This document shows positions 8,823-16,277 of a stretch of DNA of 64,000 nucleotides, piece after piece. Both the position numbers and the translations under genes were made by a program. Position 1 is the stretch's first letter, and every line of letters begins with the position of its first letter. The stretch lies in sequence record PQ182779.1; one strand, written 5' to 3'. Under the pieces are notes generated by a model. The model had not been told where the DNA came from and did no database searches. It saw only the letters and a list, made by a program, of their open reading frames with translations.

Positions 8823-11108
8823 ATGGCACGTCCTAAAAAAGGTCTACTGGGCGCCGGCGCTGCTGGTGCTATTAAATCACTGGTCGACAGCGTTCGCCAG
8901 TCCGTTGAAAAGAACCACACCCTGCTGCCGCAGGGCGCTGCCGCTGGTGTCATGTCTGTTGCGCTGGAAAGCTACGGTGAACTGGGCGTAAACCCGGAAG
9001 AAGTAGAATCCACCCTGGAAGCGGTCAAAGAGTCCCTGAACGACGCGGTCGATCAGATCAGCTCCATCACCGAATCTGCTGATGCAGTAGACGGCGAAGG
9101 CGAAGGCTTTGTTGACGGCGGTGAAGAACTGCGTGAACACCAGAAAGAAGTTGCGGTTGAAGCAGCTGCTGTCCTGGCGATGTCTCACAACGCACCGCGC
9201 GCTTACTACCGTGACGGTTACAGCATTCCGTCCTTTGAAAACGACGTTCGTGTTAACGAATTCGTTTCTGCGGGTGCTAACGGTTCCATCGCGACCCTGC
9301 CGGCCGGTTCCCTGCCGTCTCTGGAATCTTTCGACGAGAAAGAAACCGAAAAATGGCGCGAACACTCCTACGCGATCAACATGATCGTAGCGAAACAGCA
9401 CGAGTTCGCTGAACTGTTCTATCGCACCTATATCGTGACCCCGGACCAGGCTGGCTTCCAGCTGTCTATCCGTCGTAACATGGTGTGGGAAGGCTGGACC
9501 GGTGAAGGTCTGGGCGGCGAGAAACAAGAAATCATCAAGCGTAACATCCTGCAGGGTCTGCTGGATTACACCACTCTGGAAACCAACAGCACCGAGCTGA
9601 TCCCGGTTATCCAGTCTGGCGAAAACGACGACCAGTTCATCGCCCCGTCGGTTCTGGCTGCGCAGACCGTGAAACAGGGTAAAGACACCTTCGATACCAA
9701 CTTCCTGAAATTCAGCGAAAATGGCGAAGGCTTCAACCTGCTGATGCTGGCGCAAACGCCGTCCCGTCTGAAAAAAGGTTCCATGACCTTTACCGACTCC
9801 CTGGACAGCCGTATTGCCCTGAAACAACTGCTGGTCTCCGTCACCAAAGGCGGCACCACTGAACTGCTGGCGCTGGACGTTAACCAGAACCAGTACGCCG
9901 CGTACACCGCGACCCGCGAATACAACTTCCGTCAGATGCAGCTGAAATTCCACACCGCTATCGGTCTGGGCGATCAGACTCGTCTGGTGAACGGCGCTGA
10001 ATCCCAACTCTTCGGTTCTCTGTTCGATCAGGGTTATCGCGTTGAGCTGGACGTGAAAATCGACGGCGAAATGAACGTTGAAAACGGTAACGGCGACACC
10101 TCTCTGCGTTCTCTGCGCGTTGCTCGCGTATTCGACAAAGACGGTAAAGAAATCGCGCTGACCGATTCGCGCGTTGCTGCGGTACTGTCCGGTCTGGAAG
10201 TGAAAGGCGAAGGCTATAGCCTGGAAGCTCGTCTGACCAACATCAACCAGCTGGAAATGGGTCTGCTGATTGACTCCGACGTACAGAAACAAGGTTTCAT
10301 GATCCCGACTCTGCCGCCGCTGGTTATCGTTAAACCGGCCATGGTTGAAGACGACAAAACCTATCCGCGCCTGGAAGCTCTGACCACCGCGTATCGTATC
10401 CAGATGCGTAACAACGCCGTAACCACCCTGCTGAACCGCGCAGACACCCTGAAGTCCTATCTGGGCGTTGGCGTTCCGCACCCGATCGAGTCCAACCTGG
10501 GCCTGGAAGGTGTTGGTCAGTACTACGTGCGTCCGTACTTCAACGAAGCGACCATCGATGTTCTGAACGATCTGAACAGCCTGACCTCTGCTGCAAAACA
10601 GAGCGATATTCAGGGCCTGATCGTGTCCAAGATCAACGAAATGGTTTACACCGCAGATCAGCTGACCGGTTACACCGCTGCTCTGGAAGCTGCCTTCTCT
10701 GGCCGTTCTCCGAAGCCGCACGTAGCTATCGGTACTGACATGCGTCTGCCGCAGTACATCCAGATCAACGGCGACGACCGCACCGTGGGTATCGGTTACG
10801 ATTACACCATCGCGCGTATCTCCGATCTGCGTATGAAAGACAAGATCGTCATGACTTTCATCCTGCCGAACGAGTCTGAACCGCATCCGCTGCAGCACGG
10901 CGTTCTGGGCTTCATCCCGGAATACCTGGTTGATTTCAACATGATCCGTAACCAACGTATCGGTAAAGAAATCCGCCTGACCCCGCGCTACCGCTATTTC
11001 AACTTCCTGCCGATCATGCTGGTCATCAACGTGGTCAACCTGGAAGAAGCGATCGCACAGCGTACCGCGCTCGACGTTAACGAAACTCAGGTTGTTCCTG
11101 CGTCCTAA
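8823..11108 (+). CDS. major capsid protein precursor (phiKZ gp120-type), 761 aa
   Basis: Size, extreme codon bias, an acidic propeptide with ALE/SFE/SLE sites, the C-terminal PRYRYFNFLPIMLVINV, position between helicase and nvRNAP subunit, and a strong downstream hairpin. Confidence 0.88.
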   Translation: MARPKKGLLGAGAAGAIKSLVDSVRQSVEKNHTLLPQGAAAGVMSVALESYGELGVNPEEVESTLEAVKESLNDAVDQISSITESADAVDGEGEGFVDGGEELREHQKEVAVEAAAVLAMSHNAPRAYYRDGYSIPSFENDVRVNEFVSAGANGSIATLPAGSLPSLESFDEKETEKWREHSYAINMIVAKQHEFAELFYRTYIVTPDQAGFQLSIRRNMVWEGWTGEGLGGEKQEIIKRNILQGLLDYTTLETNSTELIPVIQSGENDDQFIAPSVLAAQTVKQGKDTFDTNFLKFSENGEGFNLLMLAQTPSRLKKGSMTFTDSLDSRIALKQLLVSVTKGGTTELLALDVNQNQYAAYTATREYNFRQMQLKFHTAIGLGDQTRLVNGAESQLFGSLFDQGYRVELDVKIDGEMNVENGNGDTSLRSLRVARVFDKDGKEIALTDSRVAAVLSGLEVKGEGYSLEARLTNINQLEMGLLIDSDVQKQGFMIPTLPPLVIVKPAMVEDDKTYPRLEALTTAYRIQMRNNAVTTLLNRADTLKSYLGVGVPHPIESNLGLEGVGQYYVRPYFNEATIDVLNDLNSLTSAAKQSDIQGLIVSKINEMVYTADQLTGYTAALEAAFSGRSPKPHVAIGTDMRLPQYIQINGDDRTVGIGYDYTIARISDLRMKDKIVMTFILPNESEPHPLQHGVLGFIPEYLVDFNMIRNQRIGKEIRLTPRYRYFNFLPIMLVINVVNLEEAIAQRTALDVNETQVVPAS

Positions 11109-11142
11109 GTTAACGCGCGTAAGTTAGTTTACTAACTCTTAG

Positions 11143-11172
11143 CCCAGTCTCCCGCTTCGGCGGGAGACTGGG
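11143..11172 (+). terminator. hairpin H3 after capsid gene
   Basis: CCCAGTCTCCCGC-TTCG-GCGGGAGACTGGG with a UUCG loop. Followed by TCTATG, with no U-tract. Confidence 0.75.
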
Positions 11173-11197
11173 TCTATGTCCGTCAAATCGAAAAATG

Positions 11198-11223
11198 TTC
11201 AGACCTATATTACCTTATTGAGA
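11198..11223 (+). promoter_or_regulatory. putative early (virion-RNAP) promoter
   Basis: TTCAGACC-TATATTAC-CTTATTGAGA. TATATTAC is the reported phiKZ early consensus. Near-identical copy at 48469. Confidence 0.65.
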
Positions 11224-11302
11224 GTGTATAGAAGGATCCTTGAGAAAGATCCAAACTGGCCGGAACGAAAGTTCCATTTCAATTCACTAACAGGAAGTAC
11301 GG

Positions 11303-12301
11303 ATGGTCTATAAGAGAGATAATCCTCGAAAAGAAAAGATGCCCCATGAGTTTCTAGTGATGGCAAATGATTACCGTACAGGGAATTGTGATTTATCCGT
11401 TACCATGGAGATCACTAACAACTATCGGTACGATCTTGCTGTACAGAAATCCGATGGGACTGACAATGTTGTATTTTCTCACGGAACGGCAAAGTTACGT
11501 GGGTATTTGATCATCCACCTTACCGTACTCTATTGCACTGATACGGTCAATATTGACGACCCGAAGAATAATTATGCTGAGGCGAGCTTCGGCCTTTATG
11601 ATGCTGTCAAAGGTAACTGCATGGTGCACTTTGACGAGGACCTACGTTGCTCGAGAAACCATTACAAATACCGTATGGTGTTCTTGATAGACGAAAGCGA
11701 TTTCGATACGTTAGGGTCGGAGATTAGCGTCCCGGGTTTAGGGATGCGGATTTCTAAAGCGTCTTTGGTTGATCGTGAAGAAACCATTCACGATATTGTC
11801 CAGGATGATATCGGGTGTAAAATCAGTAAGGTGTCAGGTATTGTCGTGAGTGCTGTCGACAAAGAACGATTTGTCGAAGGGCTTTATTATACCATCGGTA
11901 ACCAGGTATTGAAAGTCAATATCTCTCGTGCGTCTAACGAGCCCGATGGCGTCACTGTTCAAAACTACGGCAAAATTAAGGAGGGACTTCGCTTATTAGC
12001 GACTAAAAGCTTCTTTTCTTTCGAAGATGCAATATCGGGAAACAATCCGTTAGGGATTAAGTTCCATACGTCCCGAGAAGCAGCTTTGAAAGAACTTGAG
12101 ATGGAAAAGGCGTCGTTAAAGGAAGGGAAGCAAAGCGAAGATAAAGAGAAGAAAGCGAAAGTGGTCTCAGCCTGGATTAAAGCCGGCGGAGAATTTATTA
12201 AATCCATTCTACCGACTATGATGAAAGCCGGAAAATGGTTACTGTCTTTCTTGACGAAGAAGGCGGTGTTGGGTGCGACCGCGGCCGCGGTTGTGTTATA
12301 G
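11303..12301 (+). CDS. hypothetical protein, 332 aa
   Basis: AGGA RBS. Ends in a hydrophobic/amphipathic tail (KWLLSFLTKKAVLGATAAAVVL). Confidence 0.7.
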   Translation: MVYKRDNPRKEKMPHEFLVMANDYRTGNCDLSVTMEITNNYRYDLAVQKSDGTDNVVFSHGTAKLRGYLIIHLTVLYCTDTVNIDDPKNNYAEASFGLYDAVKGNCMVHFDEDLRCSRNHYKYRMVFLIDESDFDTLGSEISVPGLGMRISKASLVDREETIHDIVQDDIGCKISKVSGIVVSAVDKERFVEGLYYTIGNQVLKVNISRASNEPDGVTVQNYGKIKEGLRLLATKSFFSFEDAISGNNPLGIKFHTSREAALKELEMEKASLKEGKQSEDKEKKAKVVSAWIKAGGEFIKSILPTMMKAGKWLLSFLTKKAVLGATAAAVVL

Positions 12302-12324
12302 TTGATTGAAATAAGGATGCATGT

Positions 12325-13941
12325 GTGGCTGATATAGCATTGTTTAATGACATTGTTGAACCGTTACCCAAGTTCAACAAAGACATTGCCGGTGGATTTG
12401 CTGTTAAGGATTTAGAGGATGCCGAACAGTATATCGATCGAATTGCGCATTGTGCGGCACAGGACTTTCCTCCCGATGTCGAATACCTGGGGATGCGTAG
12501 ACTGACGCCCTACGAAGAGTCTCAGGCGATCATTAAAGGGAATGAAAAGGCGGAACGTCGCGGGGAAGTTGATATTGCGCAAACTGACGCGGTGATGTCG
12601 GAAATGAAACTGCGTTTTCAGAAAATCCACATCCTACCACGGAACATCAATATTCCGTTTGTCAGGGAAGCAGGGACGTTATGGTTAGGCGGCTCACGTG
12701 CAACAATTCATCCGATCCTGGCGGATTTGGTTTTCTCGGTAGCCGGGAATGATTTGTTCACGATCCTCTTCCGAGCGAAGTTCACTTTGAAACGGAGTAT
12801 TTACAGTGTCCTACAAGACGGCGAATCAATCCCGTCCTTTGTAGTCTACGGAAATATCTATCAAGGTAAAACAGGGAACGAAGGGAAGAAATCGTCGTTT
12901 AACTCGACGCTGGGTCATTACCTGTTCTGTAAGTATGGCGTAACGGAAACCTTTAAACGTTTCTACGACATTGACGTCGTGATCGAAGAGAACCGTCACA
13001 GCTTACGTGAGGATTACCCAGAGCAAGACTACGTGATCTTTACCACGCAAGGGTTACCGCCGCCAGAACGCCGCCGCGCAATCAGCGATTGGAAACCCAC
13101 GAACCTGGCGTTGATCATTCCGCGTGAAGCGGTGTTGAACAACATAGGTGTTCAGTTACTGGCGACGCATTTCTTCTACGTCGTCGATCGTTACCCGCAA
13201 CGCTTCAATTTGCAGTACATCGATATGCCAGACACGTGGCGCATTATCATGGGTTTTATTCTGCATCAGGGGAACGAGAACGAAGGGAAACTGCTCAACA
13301 AGGTTGATCTCCATCTTAAGTCGCTCGACTCTTACGTCGATGGCGAGACGAAGAAAAATCTTCGTCAAGAAGGGATCATGGCCAATGACCTTTACGAGTT
13401 GTTTATCCATATCCTTGAAACAATCCAGGATCGACTGAAAGACGATAATTCGGGTAACATGTGGGGGAAATATCTCCTGGTGAAACGGTATGCGTTATCG
13501 GGCATCACGGAGAGTATCTTTAACTTTACCTGGCAGTTAGAAAAAGAACAGAAAACGCTGCGACTGAAGCGGTTAACATGGAAGCTGTCTAGTTTCCTAA
13601 CCACTAACGCATTCCTCGGTATCCAACGGGGACACGGCGAACTTAACTCTGTTCAGTACCCGGGCGATAACATGATTTTCAAACACACGTGTATCGCTAT
13701 CCGTCAAGTCAATGCTGTTATCGGTAAAGGTAAGACAAAAAGTTTCAAACCTAACGAAACGGCTTACCACCTGCATTCAAGTATCATGGAATGTGGTTCA
13801 GTGTGCAACTTTGCGAAAGGTATCCCCGACGGCCGTGGACGTCTAAACGTTTACGCCCACACCGACGACGCTGGGAAATTTATTCGTAATCCGAAAAACA
13901 TTGAACTCCTCGATATGGTACAGCGGGAAATTACCGAATAA
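12325..13941 (+). CDS. non-virion RNA polymerase beta subunit, N-terminal part (phiKZ gp123-type)
   Basis: HSSIMECGSVCNFAKGIPDGRGRLNVY resembles beta region D (HxSHxGRICPxETPEG...GL). Located just after the capsid gene and downstream of an early-type promoter. Confidence 0.75.
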   Translation: MADIALFNDIVEPLPKFNKDIAGGFAVKDLEDAEQYIDRIAHCAAQDFPPDVEYLGMRRLTPYEESQAIIKGNEKAERRGEVDIAQTDAVMSEMKLRFQKIHILPRNINIPFVREAGTLWLGGSRATIHPILADLVFSVAGNDLFTILFRAKFTLKRSIYSVLQDGESIPSFVVYGNIYQGKTGNEGKKSSFNSTLGHYLFCKYGVTETFKRFYDIDVVIEENRHSLREDYPEQDYVIFTTQGLPPPERRRAISDWKPTNLALIIPREAVLNNIGVQLLATHFFYVVDRYPQRFNLQYIDMPDTWRIIMGFILHQGNENEGKLLNKVDLHLKSLDSYVDGETKKNLRQEGIMANDLYELFIHILETIQDRLKDDNSGNMWGKYLLVKRYALSGITESIFNFTWQLEKEQKTLRLKRLTWKLSSFLTTNAFLGIQRGHGELNSVQYPGDNMIFKHTCIAIRQVNAVIGKGKTKSFKPNETAYHLHSSIMECGSVCNFAKGIPDGRGRLNVYAHTDDAGKFIRNPKNIELLDMVQREITE

Positions 13942-13983
13942 ACCATTTTAAATAATTAACTAATCTCGCAGGAGTAATTCTAC

Positions 13984-16203
13984 ATGTATAACCGTCGTCG
14001 TAATGAGATGGATTTTAACGATCGCAACCTGGCTGCTTTCCTGGATGAACGCATCAGCGAACTGTCCCGTGACGATCCGTTCTTCGAATACCTTGACGAT
14101 GCGATTCGTCGCAGTCGTCAGACCCGTGAAAACTTAATCAACTTCGTTTTCGACTCCATGGAAATGTTAGTTGACCTCCGTAAAGAACCAGATGACCTTT
14201 GGGAAGGAGCAATTGAACTCGCCTCATTCTTTGCCGGGGCACTGATCAAAGAAGACCGTAGTGTCGATATCCCCGATCGCCGTACAGAAGACGACATGCT
14301 GTTTTTGGCTGACAATGCTAATAAACTGCGTCGTGCACTGGAAGAGTATGCGGAAGAAGCTGATCGTGGTCGTCGCTTTGGTGACCGTGGACGCGACGAC
14401 CGTCGTGGTGGTTTTGGTCGTAGCAGTGGCGGCTTCGGTCGTGGACGCGAAGAAGAGCGTCGTGGGCGTTATGAAGGCCGTGGTCGTGATGAACGCAGAG
14501 GTCGTTACGAAGATCGTGATGATCGTGGACGGAGTTCCGGTGGTTTCGGTTCTCGTCCAGGTCGTTACGAAAGCGCTATCCCTACTCGTGGTCGTGCCGA
14601 CTCTCGTCGGGAACCTGCGGTAGATATTAATGCTGCCCGTAACAATCGCCGTCGTGTTAACCCGTATGTCGCCACCGCCCGTATGCGCGAACAAGCAAAC
14701 GGGAATGAAGTGAATCGTGACGAACGTGACGATTTCGAAATGCCAGACCCACGCACCGCGAACGCCGCGCCGGCGTACGAGCGAGTAGAGCCGCATGAAG
14801 TCACTCGTCCCGCTTCATTCAGTAAAAAGAAAGCCGCGGCGGCTGAACCTGCACCGGGTTACTCATCAAAAGGTAACCGCTTAGCGAATCGTCCTATTAC
14901 CCGTGAAGACATTGAATCGGGTCTGATCAAATTAGACGATTACGAAGTGGTCATGTCTATCCCGCTCCATCCGAACGAAGCGAATAACCACCGCCCAATC
15001 GCATGGGAAGTGGACTCTGTTCGCCCTGTATGGGACATCACCAGTGACGGTTATCGTTACATGGCGTTTGAACCGTTAACCGCTGAAGAGGTAAAAGAAG
15101 TGGATCGTAAAATTCACGAACTGAACGTCATCGGCGCAAAAGAAGCCGATAATCGTTACCACCCGAAAAACGCCGAGATCCGTAAAGCGATCGCCGGCCC
15201 ACGTTTTAACGTGAAAGCTAACCGCGAACTTCGTGACCAGGACCGTCAGGAGTACGAAGCCGTGGTTGCCAGTATCAAGGAAGAAAACAGCGCACTGCCG
15301 CCGGAAGAACAGAAGGTGGTTCCTGAAGCCCCGAACGCGGGAACAATCTCGTTCGAGAATATTCTCCGTTCAGATGAAACGGTGAAGGGGTTCGGTCTGG
15401 GTCATATCCGTATGCAGGAAATGTCTCGTACCGAAGAAATGACCAACGATCAGAACGGTCACCTGCACACCAACTTCAATGCGTTCCAAACCGCCGCGGA
15501 ATCCTACGAGCCGATTTACACTTGCGCTACGCCGGAAGAAGCACGGTTCACGCTGCGTCAACTGGAGATGACGGGCCTCAACTTCAATGACAATATTGAA
15601 CTGAGCTATATTCAGGATATCCACGATAACCTGAAGCGTGTCATCGATCGCGTTCCTGTTGCGCTGGTAGTGGCTGCGAAACGCCATATCGTCGAACTGG
15701 TGAACTCTATCTTCCGTCTGGAAATGGGTTGCGGTCTGCGCATTGAAAGCTTTGAAGATCTGGCGACGTTGGCGGATGACGTCACTAAAGCACGTGGCGC
15801 TGAGTTTGCGAAGAAACTGGCTGGCGCGTTCTCGTTCCACCTGGCTAACTTCCAAATGTTTAAGTTGGGTTCAGGGATTATTGGTGCCGGTGTCAACGAA
15901 ACCACCGATGCGCGTACCATCTATGTGGTAAAACGTATCAATATGGTTATCGCCCCGATGCTGGTTAACGACCTGAAACTGAGAATCAGTGCTGATGCTC
16001 AGCCGGGTGAAATCTTCTTCGTGTCCCAAGAAACCTCACCTAAACTGCATAACGCGCTGAAAGCCATGAACTTTAATGCCGGTAGCGATATCGCGTGCCT
16101 GAACTATATCTGGTTCGCCGATAACAGCTGGTTAGAAGTCCGCAAAGATTATCAGGATGCTAAATCCGATAGCTTTGTACTGGCTCTGCGTCGTCAAGAC
16201 TAA
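13984..16203 (+). CDS. hypothetical protein, 739 aa, with RG/RD-rich low-complexity region
   Basis: GGAG RBS 9 nt upstream. Helical N-terminus, an R/G/D/E tract at 14362-14610, and a folded-looking C-terminal half. Confidence 0.75.
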   Translation: MYNRRRNEMDFNDRNLAAFLDERISELSRDDPFFEYLDDAIRRSRQTRENLINFVFDSMEMLVDLRKEPDDLWEGAIELASFFAGALIKEDRSVDIPDRRTEDDMLFLADNANKLRRALEEYAEEADRGRRFGDRGRDDRRGGFGRSSGGFGRGREEERRGRYEGRGRDERRGRYEDRDDRGRSSGGFGSRPGRYESAIPTRGRADSRREPAVDINAARNNRRRVNPYVATARMREQANGNEVNRDERDDFEMPDPRTANAAPAYERVEPHEVTRPASFSKKKAAAAEPAPGYSSKGNRLANRPITREDIESGLIKLDDYEVVMSIPLHPNEANNHRPIAWEVDSVRPVWDITSDGYRYMAFEPLTAEEVKEVDRKIHELNVIGAKEADNRYHPKNAEIRKAIAGPRFNVKANRELRDQDRQEYEAVVASIKEENSALPPEEQKVVPEAPNAGTISFENILRSDETVKGFGLGHIRMQEMSRTEEMTNDQNGHLHTNFNAFQTAAESYEPIYTCATPEEARFTLRQLEMTGLNFNDNIELSYIQDIHDNLKRVIDRVPVALVVAAKRHIVELVNSIFRLEMGCGLRIESFEDLATLADDVTKARGAEFAKKLAGAFSFHLANFQMFKLGSGIIGAGVNETTDARTIYVVKRINMVIAPMLVNDLKLRISADAQPGEIFFVSQETSPKLHNALKAMNFNAGSDIACLNYIWFADNSWLEVRKDYQDAKSDSFVLALRRQD

Positions 16204-16213
16204 TCGGTAATAA

Positions 16214-16277
16214 CCCTCCCACAGAGAGCGAAAGCTCTCTGTGGGAGGGAAGAGGGTTTATGCCCTCTTTTTTTTTT
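16214..16277. terminator. tandem hairpin H4 between convergent genes
   Basis: CCCTCCCACAGAGAGC-GAAA-GCTCTCTGTGGGAGGG, then AAGAGGG-TTTATG-CCCTCTT and a T run. Confidence 0.8.

Noticed and set aside
8877-10955. 692-aa antisense ORF opposite the capsid gene
   Set aside because: It is in exact codon register with the capsid gene and is explained by avoidance of TTA/CTA/TCA. It has no RBS and no recognisable motif.
14118-14804. Several 65-190-aa ORFs (T-rich or V-rich) over the RG tract
   Set aside because: These are alternative-frame shadows of low-complexity CGT/GGT/GAT codons.
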